This document shows positions 27,085-36,821 of a stretch of 64,000 bases of DNA, one piece after another. Where the stretch lies: positions 49,524-113,523 of the forward strand of contig DIXK01000096.1 in the NCBI GenBank assembly GCA_002428665.1, in the 5' to 3' direction. Source of the stretch: Verrucomicrobia subdivision 3 bacterium UBA6082 (GTDB taxonomy: Bacteria > Verrucomicrobiota > Verrucomicrobiia > Limisphaerales > UBA8199). The position numbers were made by a program, and so were the translations under genes. The notes under the pieces are model-generated. The model did not search any database and was not told where the DNA came from. It worked only from the letters and a program-made list of their open reading frames with translations. Each line of letters starts with the position of its first letter. The stretch's first letter is position 1.

Positions 27085-28386
27085 ATGCAAACACGTTTCG
27101 ACCTGACACAAAACGATATCCCGAAATCTTGGTACAATCTCCTGGCGGACTTTCCCGAACCTCTGCCTCCACCGCTGCATCCTGGGACACGGCAGCCCAT
27201 CCCCCCTGAAGCGTTAGAGGCCATTTTCCCACCAAATCTGGTTGCTCAGGAGATGAGCCCCGACCGGGAGGTTGAGATTCCTGAACCTGTGCGGGATATT
27301 TATGCCCTGTGGCGGCCAACTCCCCTACTGCGCGCTGTTCGTTTTGAGAAAGCGCTCAAGACACCGGCACACATTTACTATAAATACGAGGGCGCTAGCC
27401 CGGCCGGAAGCCATAAGGTGAACACCTCGGTGGCTCAAGCCTATTTCAACAAAGTGGCCGGCACAAAGCGTCTGGCAACCGAAACCGGTGCTGGACAATG
27501 GGGGGCATCACTGGCCATGGCGTGCAAACTCTTTGGCCTGGAATGCAACGTCTACATGGTGAAGGTTAGTTACCAACATAAACCTTACCGCCGTATGCTG
27601 ATGCACACTTGGGGCGCCACGGTTCATCCCAGTCCGAGTGATCAAACCGAATTCGGTCGCAAAATGCTGGCGGAAGATCCGCATTGTCCAGGTAGTCTCG
27701 GGATCGCGATTAGCGAGGCCATTGAGGACACGATTAAAACCCCCAATACGAAGTATTCGCTCGGCAGCGTTCTCAACCATGTCTGTTTGCACCAGACCGT
27801 TATTGGCCAGGAAACCATTCAGCAAATGGAAATTGCCGGAGAGGACCCTGACGTCATTTTCGGATGCTGCGGAGGGGGAAGTAATTTCGCTGGCTTGGCG
27901 TTTCCGTTTATCCGAAGGAAGCTCGCCGGCAAGAAACAATACCGGATTGTCGGGGTAGAGCCGAGCGCCTGTCCCACTCTGACTAAAGGTGAGTTGCGGT
28001 ACGATTTCGGCGATACTGCCGAAACCACGCCATTGCTCATGATGTACACCCTGGGGCACCAGTTTATGCCTCCAGCCATTCATTCAGGTGGTTTGCGGTA
28101 CCACGGCATGTCCCCGATGGTCAGTCACGCCGTAAAACTCGGCCTCATGGAGGCACAGGCCTTTCACCAAACCGAGGTCTTCGAGGCAGCCACCCTTTTC
28201 GCCCAAACTGAGGGACTCATCCCGGCTCCAGAGTCCGCCCACGCGATTGCGGCGGTCGCCAAGGAGGCGATCGACGCCCGCGAAGCTGGCCAAAAACGGG
28301 TGATCCTCTTTAATCTCTCCGGCCACGGTTTGCTCGACCTTAGCGCCTACGAGACTTTTCTAACCGGAAAACTGCAGGATGTTTAA
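27085..28386 (+). CDS. trpB: TrpB2-type tryptophan synthase beta-like PLP enzyme (stand-alone)
   Basis: 433 aa. The TrpB2 N-terminal extension is '[24 protein letters not shown]'. The PLP-lysine block is '[10 protein letters not shown]', with '[11 protein letters not shown]' and 'GGLRYHGM'. No trpA lies adjacent. Confidence 0.85.
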   Translation: MQTRFDLTQNDIPKSWYNLLADFPEPLPPPLHPGTRQPIPPEALEAIFPPNLVAQEMSPDREVEIPEPVRDIYALWRPTPLLRAVRFEKALKTPAHIYYKYEGASPAGSHKVNTSVAQAYFNKVAGTKRLATETGAGQWGASLAMACKLFGLECNVYMVKVSYQHKPYRRMLMHTWGATVHPSPSDQTEFGRKMLAEDPHCPGSLGIAISEAIEDTIKTPNTKYSLGSVLNHVCLHQTVIGQETIQQMEIAGEDPDVIFGCCGGGSNFAGLAFPFIRRKLAGKKQYRIVGVEPSACPTLTKGELRYDFGDTAETTPLLMMYTLGHQFMPPAIHSGGLRYHGMSPMVSHAVKLGLMEAQAFHQTEVFEAATLFAQTEGLIPAPESAHAIAAVAKEAIDAREAGQKRVILFNLSGHGLLDLSAYETFLTGKLQDV

Positions 28387-28405
28387 CCCACAACCGCATT
28401 CATTC

Positions 28406-29284
28406 ATGAAACTCATAACTCATTATCTGCCTCGGCTCATCAAAGCTTTGGCTCTCGCCGGACTGGTGTTCCCGTTGGTATCTCACGCTCAACCCACGGC
28501 ACATTACGTGCCGGGAATCGAGGGTATTAAGGCGGCAACCCTGCCGCCCCCCGGTGTTTATCTCCGTGATTACAATGTCGCTTACTTTGCTGACCATAGG
28601 AACGACGCGAACGGCAACGAAGCCGATCTGGATGTCTTCGTTTATGCCAATGTTCCCCGCCTCATCTGGATCACCGAATGGAAAGTCCTGGGCGGATTTA
28701 TCGGTTTCGATGCGTTGATTCCACTCACCTACACCGATATCGAGGGCTTTGGCAGCACTTTCGGTATTGGCGACGCGTTTGCTGAAGCCACCTGGTCAGC
28801 CCATACCGGGCCATTCGACATTGGCCTGGGCTACGGCATCTGGGCACCCACCGGTGATTTTTCATCAACTAATCCCACCCGCGCAGGCTCAGGTTTTTGG
28901 ACCCACATGTTCACCGCAGGGGCCACCTACTATTTTGACGCCGAAAAGAAATGGGCCATCTCTGCGCTGAACCGTTACGAGATCAATCTCGAACAGGACT
29001 CCACCGGCAGAACTCCGGGCGACGCGTGGACGATCGAAGGTGGAATGAGTTACGCTTTGCGTCCGACGATCGACTTGGGTGTCGTGGGCTATTACCAGCG
29101 ACAAGTCACCGAAGATAAGCACGGATCCGACGATCGGGATCAAGTTGCAGGATTCGGTCCTGAGATCAGCGCTTTTTGCCCCAAGGTTGGGCTATTCACC
29201 TCCTTGCGGTACCTTTACGAGTTGGGTGCCGAGGATCGTCTCGAGGGGCACACGGTCACACTGACTCTGACCAAGCGATTCTGA
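28406..29284 (+). CDS. Outer-membrane beta-barrel channel, MetA-pathway-of-phenol-degradation-like 'transporter' family
   Basis: Signal peptide MKLITHYLPRLIKALALAGLVFPLVSHAQ (the ORF track starts at 28379). There are alternating beta-strand patterns and 'FGIGDAFAEATW' and 'GSGFWTHMFTAGATYYF' blocks. The terminal 'LTLTKRF' ends in Phe, an OMP beta-signal. Confidence 0.7.
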   Translation: MKLITHYLPRLIKALALAGLVFPLVSHAQPTAHYVPGIEGIKAATLPPPGVYLRDYNVAYFADHRNDANGNEADLDVFVYANVPRLIWITEWKVLGGFIGFDALIPLTYTDIEGFGSTFGIGDAFAEATWSAHTGPFDIGLGYGIWAPTGDFSSTNPTRAGSGFWTHMFTAGATYYFDAEKKWAISALNRYEINLEQDSTGRTPGDAWTIEGGMSYALRPTIDLGVVGYYQRQVTEDKHGSDDRDQVAGFGPEISAFCPKVGLFTSLRYLYELGAEDRLEGHTVTLTLTKRF

Positions 29285-29306
29285 AATCCCCGGCAGTTCT
29301 TGCTGT

Positions 29307-29341
29307 AAAAACCCCTAGCCTTGCTTGGCTGGGGGTTTTCT
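29307..29341. terminator. Bidirectional intrinsic terminator between convergent genes (OM channel / lnt)
   Basis: AAAACCCCTAGCC (29308-29320), loop TTGCTT, GGCTGGGGGTTTT (29327-29339). This is a 13-bp stem with one G-U pair, an A-tract on one side and a T-tract on the other. Confidence 0.7.
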
Positions 29342-29404
29342 GCTCTTGGGGCACCCGAGTAGTGTTACCTCCATTAGAAAGCAGGGAGTTTCAGAGCCTA
29401 AACC

Positions 29405-31087
29405 TCACCGGGCACGCCGAAACTGCTGGGCCAAAAATATGACAGCCCAGGCGGTGCAACCCCATCCAAACCAATCCCCGTTGCGGGTGTAAAACGTCGA
29501 GTTCACGCCCGGACCATGCCTTAGCGGGACCTCGATGGTTAGCGCTCCGGGACCGTAAACCCCTCCGGTGGTGTCGCACAGTATTTCCCGAATCTGCCCG
29601 TTTGCATCTACCCAGCAAGTAAGACCGTTATTCGCACTGCGGATGAGCGGTAATCGGTTCTCAACCGCCCGGAATACCGCGCTGGCTGCATGCTGCCATT
29701 GGGCTGCGCTTTCGCCAAACCACCCATTATTCGTCAGGTTCACCAGGAAGTCGGTATCCGGTCCTACGCTATTTCGCGCGAGAGTGGGAAAAACGTCCTC
29801 GAAACATATTAGCAGCGATGCAGTTGCTCTTAAGTCCTGGAGTTCGAAGTCTCCGGCGCGGTCCCCAGGGGTGAACCCCCCCTCGATCGGGGTTAAGAAC
29901 TTCAAGAATGGAAGCCACTGCTGCAAAGGAATGTATTCTCCGAAAATGACCAGGTTGCGCTTTCGGTACTCACCGAGGACGTTTCCTTCGGGGTTGATTA
30001 AGAAACTGCTATTGTAATAGTAAGCATCAGCTTCTTTTCCTGGGGTGCGCTTGGGTTCAGCGTCATCCGCCCCGATAATCATCCAGACTTTGTGTTTCCG
30101 TGCTAAGCCCGTAACGCCTTCAAACGTCTCACGGTCGTAGCGAAACAGCTTTGGCACGGCCGCCTCCGGCCAGATCAACAAGTCAGTCCCTTGGGAGGTC
30201 ACTGCTTGATCCGAAAGTCGCAACAGCTCCGAGAACCGCGTGTCGTTATTACTTTCGTCCCAGATCAGCGTCTGGGGAATACTCGGTTGTACCATGGTTA
30301 CCCGCAGTCTTTGCTCACCTTCGGGAGGATCCTGCCGCAGATGCCTCAAGCCAAGGTGGAATATCCCCGCGACCACGAGGACTGGTAACAGAATCTCCCC
30401 GACCCAAACGGAGCGAGTTCCCGGGTTGCGGATCAGCAGCATTGCGGCCGAGACCAAGGCCAGGGAGACCCAAACCACTACGAACGAGATCCCGTAGACT
30501 CCCGTCACCGAGGCGATTTGGATCAGCGGTAACATTTGGTATTGTGATGCGCCGAGAAGATTCCAGGGGAAACCTGACAGAAATCGGGCCTGGATCATCT
30601 CTAGCGCCACCCAAACCGCCGCGCCGCCCAGGCACCACAAGGTACGCTGAAGCCAGGTTTCTGGCGAAGCGGCCAGACCGTTGAATGGTCTGTGCGATTC
30701 GTTGAGCTTACCCTCGGATGGAATGGCGGCTGCTGAGGCTCTTCTCATCCGATCAACAAGCCAGACCCAGACTGCGGGGTACAGAGCAAGATAGGCGCCA
30801 AGAGCGAGCCAGCCCAGCGCCGGTCCAAATGGAATCCCAAGCCAGCGATAGGGAATGAGCAGGAGCCAGTGTAAGGAAGCCAGTTGATAGGTCAACCCTG
30901 CTACAAAACCTATGCGGAAGGCCTCCATACCCGTTTTCCCCGAGGCAGCAAGCACCATCAAGCCCGGCCCAATCCACGCAAAACCAGCAATACCGATCCT
31001 GGGAAAGGCCGACGCCAACAACAAACCCGCGACGATTGCCAGCGGATATCGGCTGCGAAGGAATGGATTGCGCCAAAACGGTGTCAC
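29405..31087 (-). CDS. lnt: Apolipoprotein N-acyltransferase
   Basis: 560 aa. The N-terminal polytopic membrane domain is followed by a CN-hydrolase domain with 'LLIWPEAAVP', 'YRKRNLVIFGEYIP' and 'LLICFEDVFP' (Glu-Lys-Cys triad blocks). Confidence 0.9.
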   Translation of the reverse strand: MTPFWRNPFLRSRYPLAIVAGLLLASAFPRIGIAGFAWIGPGLMVLAASGKTGMEAFRIGFVAGLTYQLASLHWLLLIPYRWLGIPFGPALGWLALGAYLALYPAVWVWLVDRMRRASAAAIPSEGKLNESHRPFNGLAASPETWLQRTLWCLGGAAVWVALEMIQARFLSGFPWNLLGASQYQMLPLIQIASVTGVYGISFVVVWVSLALVSAAMLLIRNPGTRSVWVGEILLPVLVVAGIFHLGLRHLRQDPPEGEQRLRVTMVQPSIPQTLIWDESNNDTRFSELLRLSDQAVTSQGTDLLIWPEAAVPKLFRYDRETFEGVTGLARKHKVWMIIGADDAEPKRTPGKEADAYYYNSSFLINPEGNVLGEYRKRNLVIFGEYIPLQQWLPFLKFLTPIEGGFTPGDRAGDFELQDLRATASLLICFEDVFPTLARNSVGPDTDFLVNLTNNGWFGESAAQWQHAASAVFRAVENRLPLIRSANNGLTCWVDANGQIREILCDTTGGVYGPGALTIEVPLRHGPGVNSTFYTRNGDWFGWGCTAWAVIFLAQQFRRAR

Positions 31088-31212
31088 CGGGTCCAGATTG
31101 CCTCAAAACCATCGGAACGCAAGGCCCTCAAAGCCCGCCGTGCTAAGCAATTGGCAGGTCACGGGGCAAGGGTCTGCCAGAGAGCCTCCAGAGAGAAGAG
31201 GATTAGATTGGC

Positions 31213-31227
31213 GATGACCTGGTCATC
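31213..31227. promoter_or_regulatory. 15-bp perfect palindrome upstream of the aldo/keto reductase gene (candidate operator)
   Basis: GATGACC-T-GGTCATC read at 31213-31227, about 75 nt upstream of the preferred start 31300, in the lnt/AKR divergent region. Confidence 0.3.
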
Positions 31228-31299
31228 CCCTGCTGAAATCCGAAATCCATTTGCGCTGTGGTGCGCTCAGGGTATTGTCATCTCGAAATCAGAAACAAC

Positions 31300-32244
31300 A
31301 TGCAAACCATTCCTTTGGGTGTCAGTTCGTTTCAAACCAGCCGGCTGGCCTATGGCTGCTGGCGCGTGGCTGGGACGTGGAACCCGGCCGAGGTCACTCC
31401 TGAAAGCCGCCAAGCTGGACTGCGTGCCATCATAGCAGCCTATGAGTGCGGCTACACCTTCTTCGACAACGCCGATATCTATTGCGCCGGAGAGGCGGAG
31501 CGCATTCTCGGCGTGGCCCTTAAGGAAGTCCCGGAAATGCGGGACCGGATCCTCGTCGCGACGAAATGCGGTATCAGACCTCCAGGTTCTCCCCGACTAG
31601 AGTCTCCTCAGCGTTATGACTTTTCTGCTCAGCATATTGTTCGCTCGTGCGAGGAGTCCCTCCGTCGCATGGAGATTGAAGCAATCGACGTTTTCATGCT
31701 CCACCGTCCGGATTATCTCGCAGACCCACAGGAAATCGCCCAGGCATTCTCCGACCTCAAGGCCAGCGGCAAGGTCCGCCACTTCGGCGTTAGTAATTTC
31801 CGGCCCACGCTGGTGACTGCACTTCAGGTTGCTTGCCCGATGCCGCTCATCGTGCACCAGGTGGAAATCAGTCTCGCCAACCACAGTGCATTTACCGATG
31901 GCACGCTTGACCAGTGTCTCATCGAAAGAATCACCCCTTTAGCGTGGAGCCCCCTTGCTGGCGGTCTTATTGGTGGAGGGGCCAAGGGCCTCTTACCTTC
32001 CCAACAAGCGTACCGGACCGAGGGAATCGTCCCGGTCCTGGATGGCATCGCCAAGAAGCGTGGGGTGAGCCGCGCAGCCGTCGCGCTAGCATGGCTCCTC
32101 AAACATCCCGCAAGAATAGTACCGGTGATCGGTAGTGCTGATCCCATTCGGATCCAGGAGGCAGCCCAAGCGGCCACGCTGACGCTTCACCGGGAGGAAT
32201 GGTACGCGTTGCTTTTGGCAGCTCGGGGTGAACCTTTGCCATAA
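31300..32244 (+). CDS. Aldo/keto reductase family oxidoreductase
   Basis: ORF track 31258. The preferred start is MQTIPLGVSSFQTSRLAYGCWRV. AKR blocks are 'FFDNADIYCAGEAERILG', 'VATKCG', 'LHRPD' and 'HFGVSNF'. Confidence 0.88.
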   Translation: MQTIPLGVSSFQTSRLAYGCWRVAGTWNPAEVTPESRQAGLRAIIAAYECGYTFFDNADIYCAGEAERILGVALKEVPEMRDRILVATKCGIRPPGSPRLESPQRYDFSAQHIVRSCEESLRRMEIEAIDVFMLHRPDYLADPQEIAQAFSDLKASGKVRHFGVSNFRPTLVTALQVACPMPLIVHQVEISLANHSAFTDGTLDQCLIERITPLAWSPLAGGLIGGGAKGLLPSQQAYRTEGIVPVLDGIAKKRGVSRAAVALAWLLKHPARIVPVIGSADPIRIQEAAQAATLTLHREEWYALLLAARGEPLP

Positions 32245-32272
32245 ACAACTGGGACTGCCTTTCTAATTCGCC

Positions 32273-32875
32273 ATGGATCTCGATCAGTCCAACCACACGC
32301 TTCGACTTTTCGTGGCGATCGAGGTCCCGGAGGCCATTCGAAAGGAAATCCAACGCCTTCAATCCCGGCTCCAATCTTTGGCCTCGGGCGGCCCTATCAA
32401 GTGGACTCCGCAGGAACAGCTCCACTTAACCTTGCGTTTCCTGGGAGCTGTTCAGCGAGGCCACTTGGAGGACTTAACTCGATGTCTGGAAAGCGCCTGC
32501 CGGCAGTTTTCTCCACTTGAACTGGTGGCGGCCAACGTAGGATTCTTCCCTGAGAACCGTTCACCCCGCGTTATTTGGTTGGGTGTTTCCTGCCTACAGG
32601 GTCAATTGGCACCTTTGGCAGACGCCGTTCAAGCCTCTAGCTTGGAGTATACCAATGAGGCCCCCCTTGGACAGTTTGTGGCACACATAACCCTCGGCCG
32701 GATAAAAAGGCTGGATTCTGGGGAGGCCAGTAACCTGGTTCGCTTCGCCGCCATCAGACCCTCCGTGGTTCTGGGGCCATGGATAGCTCGTGAAGTGCTC
32801 CTCATGCAAAGCCAACTTTCTGCGTTAGGAGCATGTCACTCGAAAGCCGGGTCATTTAGTTTATGCGGTGGGTGA
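32273..32875 (+). CDS. thpR: RNA 2',3'-cyclic phosphodiesterase (2H phosphoesterase, ThpR/LigT)
   Basis: Two H-x-T-x motifs at the right spacing: 'LHLTLRFLG' and 'AHITLGRIK'. Confidence 0.85.
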   Translation: MDLDQSNHTLRLFVAIEVPEAIRKEIQRLQSRLQSLASGGPIKWTPQEQLHLTLRFLGAVQRGHLEDLTRCLESACRQFSPLELVAANVGFFPENRSPRVIWLGVSCLQGQLAPLADAVQASSLEYTNEAPLGQFVAHITLGRIKRLDSGEASNLVRFAAIRPSVVLGPWIAREVLLMQSQLSALGACHSKAGSFSLCGG

Positions 32876-32941
32876 TTATCCTTGACCCTGATCTTGCGCA
32901 CGGCAAGCTGCCGCCCTTGTGGAAGCCAATTCCGCAGCTTT

Positions 32942-34807
32942 ATGAGTAACGCCTCCTTAAATCGATCCGAAGAGTTTCTATGTATCGCCGACCAATTCAA
33001 ACTTGGCGCACTGACCACCGAATGTTCTCACCCTGTGACGGCACACTTGAGTGATGTCGCTCGCCGCGACATCGCATCTGGATTGAAACTGTTGTTCGAA
33101 GTGGACGACGACGTGCTGACAAAATACCACGAGTTCGTTGAATCCGGTCGTGCCGCAGGGATACAGCAAACAGTGCTCCAAGCCTTGCTCAATGGCGGGC
33201 GGATTTTTTTCACCGGCTGTGGTTCTACAGGCCGTCTGAGCATCCAATTGGTGTCGATCTGGCGGGACTTTTGGCAGAAACAGATAGCTCGCGGATTCCA
33301 GGGCTCAATTCCAGCTCACGATTTGGAGAACCGTGCTCTTGCGGTCATGGCGGGCGGGGATTTTGCCCTTATCAAGGCGGTTGAAGGGTTTGAGGACTTT
33401 ACCGCCTTTGGCAAGAAGCAGATCGGGGATCTCGGGGTAAGCGAGAGCGACGTGGTCTTCGCCATAACGGAGGGCGGTGAAACCTCGTTCGTGATCGGCA
33501 CGGCTTGGCAGGGGGTGGAAGTGGGAGCGAAGGTCTTCTTTGTATATAACAATCCTGACCCGGTGCTCTGCGAGCATGTGCAGCGAAGCCGTGAGGTTAT
33601 TCAGGATAATCGCATCGAGAAGCTGAATCTTACTACGGGGCCCATGGCCATTACTGGCTCCACCCGGATGCAGGCTACGACCATCCAACTCGCGGTGCTG
33701 CTAACCATACTTGAAATGGTGCTTCGCGAGTTGCTCAAACAGATTGAACCGCAGGGGCCCTCCTCAAATCTGGCTATTGACTCCGTGCCGTCCGGATTCC
33801 TGACAGGTTTGTCACGGATGTTCTCGAACCTGAAGTCTACCGAATTACTGGCGTCCATGGCTCGTCTCGTCGCGCTGGAGGAATCGGTTTACCGGGCGGG
33901 CTGCAAGAACAATTACTTTGCGGACGCCTTGGGGATCGATGTCCTTACGGACACAACCGAGCGCTCGCCGACTTACTGCACTCCGCCATTCCGAAAATTT
34001 GACGATCGTACCGCCACTGAATCGTGGGCCTTTCTGTTCGTGCCCTATCCGGAAACACCGTGTGCCTGGGAGCGCATCATCAAACGGCGCCCCCAGTGTG
34101 TGGAATGGACGGAAGCTGAGATCCGGAGCTTGGTCGACGACACAAAGTTTGCCCGAACTCTGGAGACTGTGCGTAAGATCGGCTATGCTGAGCTAATGCG
34201 CTTTCGGGTTGGAATGGACGGGCTTTTCAACCGGACGCTTGGGCCGGGCGATTGCGCGATCGCTATCATCGGTCCTGCGGACGAACCTGCTTTGCTGCCA
34301 GCGGACGGTTTTCATCGCAGTCAACTCGCAACTGCTGCCGAAGCAGGAGTCGCGACGGGTTTAATCCACTTTGGAACCAAAGCGGATAGGGCGAAGGCTG
34401 CCTCGTTCCTGGGCGAGTTGAACCCCAGCACTGTCACGGTTCAGGTTTCGGTGCCACAAACCGATTTTCTCTTGGATGGGGTAACCCGGGTCGGGGTCAA
34501 ATGCCTGCTGAACGTCCTTTCCACCTGCACCATGGTGCGTTTGGGCAGGGTTATGGGCAATTATATGATTTGGGTGGTCCCCAGCAACCTGAAGTTGATC
34601 GACCGCGCGACGCGGTACATTCAGAAGCTGACCGGATTGGAGTATCGCCAGGCCAATCAGCTTCTTTTTGAAGTTATCGAGTATGTGGAGCCACGCATGA
34701 AGTCGGATCAGGCATATCCTCCGGTGGTTGGCGTTGCTGTCATGCGGCATCGTCATCAACTCTCCAATGAGGCTGCTGAGCAACGTTTGCTAAGCGAACT
34801 TGGCTAG
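32942..34807 (+). CDS. MurQ-related SIS-domain protein of double length (glucokinase-regulatory-protein-like architecture)
   Basis: ORF track 32882; the ATG at 32942 (MSNASLN...) is preferred. MurQ-like blocks are 'LTTECSHPVT', 'GGRIFFTGCGSTGRLSIQ', 'MAGGDFALIKAVEGFEDF', 'ITGSTRMQATTIQLAVL' and the C-terminal lid 'MGNYMIWVVPSNLKLIDRATRYIQKLTG'. The blocks are split by an about 290-aa insertion. Confidence 0.7.
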   Translation: MSNASLNRSEEFLCIADQFKLGALTTECSHPVTAHLSDVARRDIASGLKLLFEVDDDVLTKYHEFVESGRAAGIQQTVLQALLNGGRIFFTGCGSTGRLSIQLVSIWRDFWQKQIARGFQGSIPAHDLENRALAVMAGGDFALIKAVEGFEDFTAFGKKQIGDLGVSESDVVFAITEGGETSFVIGTAWQGVEVGAKVFFVYNNPDPVLCEHVQRSREVIQDNRIEKLNLTTGPMAITGSTRMQATTIQLAVLLTILEMVLRELLKQIEPQGPSSNLAIDSVPSGFLTGLSRMFSNLKSTELLASMARLVALEESVYRAGCKNNYFADALGIDVLTDTTERSPTYCTPPFRKFDDRTATESWAFLFVPYPETPCAWERIIKRRPQCVEWTEAEIRSLVDDTKFARTLETVRKIGYAELMRFRVGMDGLFNRTLGPGDCAIAIIGPADEPALLPADGFHRSQLATAAEAGVATGLIHFGTKADRAKAASFLGELNPSTVTVQVSVPQTDFLLDGVTRVGVKCLLNVLSTCTMVRLGRVMGNYMIWVVPSNLKLIDRATRYIQKLTGLEYRQANQLLFEVIEYVEPRMKSDQAYPPVVGVAVMRHRHQLSNEAAEQRLLSELG

Positions 34808-34954
34808 GATCACCAGCAGATTCCCGGGCGGCTTCATCTCGTATGAGTACGCAGCCGCCTTGGGCTGAACCAGCGAGAGCATTCGCCCTTCGCCGAGCAC
34901 AAACGTTTCTTTTGCATCCTTCCCCCAATCTTCGATACTTTGTAGGTTTATTGT

Positions 34955-36787
34955 ATGGCTGAAAGCAAGAAACAGGTCGTTTACGACGAGAGCAAGATTA
35001 AGACGCTTTCTTCCCTGGAACACATCCGGTTGCGTACCGGCATGTACATCGGTCGGATTGGTGATGGGTCCCATTACGACGATGGCTGTTACATTCTCCT
35101 GAAAGAGATTATAGACAACGCTATTGACGAATTTATCATGGGCGCGGGCAAGGAGGTTCACATCACTGTGCAGGACAAATGCGTGATCGTGAGGGACTTT
35201 GGCCGCGGCATTCCTTTGGGTAAGCTTGTCGAATGCGTTTCACAGATCAATACGGGTGCCAAGTACAACGATGACGTGTTTCAGTTCAGTGTTGGTTTGA
35301 ATGGGGTCGGCACCAAGGCGGTCAACGCCTTGTCGCGCGATTTCATGGTTCGCAGCCATCGCGAAGGTGCCTACGTCGAGGCATTCTTCAAGCAGGGTCG
35401 CCTGAAGAGAGAAAACAAGGGCAAGACAGATGAGCCGGACGGGACGCTGATCCGGTTCGAGCCCGATCCGGAGATTTTCAAACACTCAGAGTTTCAAAGC
35501 GAACACATCGAACGGCGCTTGCGCCATTACAGCTACCTGAATGCGGGCTTGAAGCTGGTGTTCAACGGCAAGCTGTTCCAGTCCCGGAATGGACTCCTCG
35601 ACCTGGTCATGGAGGATCTTCATGGGGATGGGAGCGACCCGATCTACCCGCCCCTCCATTATGCGGAAAAGACGCTGGAGTTTTGTTTCACCCATAGTAA
35701 CAGCCGTTACGGCGAGACCTTCTATTCGTTCGTCAATGGCCAATTCACGAGCGACGGTGGCACGCACCTAAGTGCTTTTCGGGAAGGTCTGCTCAAGGCA
35801 GTGAATGAGTACGGTCGGGAGAAATTTGATGGGGACGATGTCCGTGAAAGCATGGTAGGTGCTGTCGCGATCCGGCTCAAGGACCCGGTGTTCGAATCCC
35901 AAACCAAGAACAAATTGGGTAACACGGAAATCCGGACCGAACTCGTTAACCGGGTGCGGGAGGAGTTGTTGCACTTCTTCAATCGGAACAAGGAAATTGC
36001 CGAAAGAATAATCGCCAAGGTCCAGGATACTCGACAACTTCGCAAGGAGTTGCAGGAAGTGAAGAAACTGGCCCGAGAACGCGCCAAGGCTATCACCCTC
36101 CGGATTCCTCAATTGAAGGATTGCAAGGTTCATTACGACAAAGCCAAGGGCAAAGGCCGTGGCTCCATGATCTTCATCACGGAGGGACAGTCTGCAGCTG
36201 GCTCGATTGTGAGCTGTCGCGACGTCAACACTCAGGCGATTTTTGTGCTTAAGGGCAAGCCTCTGAATGTCTGGGATCTCAAACGCGACATCGTCTATAA
36301 GAATGACGAATTGTATAATCTGATGCGCAGCCTCGATATCGAAGATTCGATCGAGAATCTTCGCTTTGAAAGGGTCATTTTGGCTACGGATGCTGACGTG
36401 GATGGTCTCCACATTCGCAACCTCATGATCACCTATTTCTACCGGTTCTTCGACCACGTGGTCCACGATGGCCACCTGTACGTGCTGGAAACCCCGCTTT
36501 TCCGGGTTCGTAACAAGAACGAGACAATCTACTGCTATTCCGAAGCCGAGCGCGATCGCGCCGCCGAGAAGCTGGGCAAGAGTTGCGAGATCACTCGGTT
36601 TAAAGGTTTAGGCGAAATCTCCCCCAATGAATTCAAACAATTCATCGGCAAAGAGATGCGCTTGAGCCAGGTGGAGTATGCTCCAAGAACGGAGGCCACC
36701 GGCATTCTCGGTTTCTATATGGGCAAGAATTCTCCCGAACGCCGGGATTATATTATGGAAAATCTCGTGGTTCCAGTGGAGGCATGA
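34955..36787 (+). CDS. parE: Type IIA DNA topoisomerase subunit B (topo IV ParE-like, compact 610 aa)
   Basis: GHKL ATPase blocks 'LEHIRLRTGMYIG', 'EIIDNAIDE', 'GLNGVGTKAVNALS'. Toprim blocks 'MIFITEGQSAAGS' and 'ILATDADVDGLHIRNL'. The A subunit follows directly. Confidence 0.85.
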   Translation: MAESKKQVVYDESKIKTLSSLEHIRLRTGMYIGRIGDGSHYDDGCYILLKEIIDNAIDEFIMGAGKEVHITVQDKCVIVRDFGRGIPLGKLVECVSQINTGAKYNDDVFQFSVGLNGVGTKAVNALSRDFMVRSHREGAYVEAFFKQGRLKRENKGKTDEPDGTLIRFEPDPEIFKHSEFQSEHIERRLRHYSYLNAGLKLVFNGKLFQSRNGLLDLVMEDLHGDGSDPIYPPLHYAEKTLEFCFTHSNSRYGETFYSFVNGQFTSDGGTHLSAFREGLLKAVNEYGREKFDGDDVRESMVGAVAIRLKDPVFESQTKNKLGNTEIRTELVNRVREELLHFFNRNKEIAERIIAKVQDTRQLRKELQEVKKLARERAKAITLRIPQLKDCKVHYDKAKGKGRGSMIFITEGQSAAGSIVSCRDVNTQAIFVLKGKPLNVWDLKRDIVYKNDELYNLMRSLDIEDSIENLRFERVILATDADVDGLHIRNLMITYFYRFFDHVVHDGHLYVLETPLFRVRNKNETIYCYSEAERDRAAEKLGKSCEITRFKGLGEISPNEFKQFIGKEMRLSQVEYAPRTEATGILGFYMGKNSPERRDYIMENLVVPVEA

Positions 36788-36821
36788 TTGCCTCCTTGTG
36801 AACTAGAAGGTTCGTTGTTCG

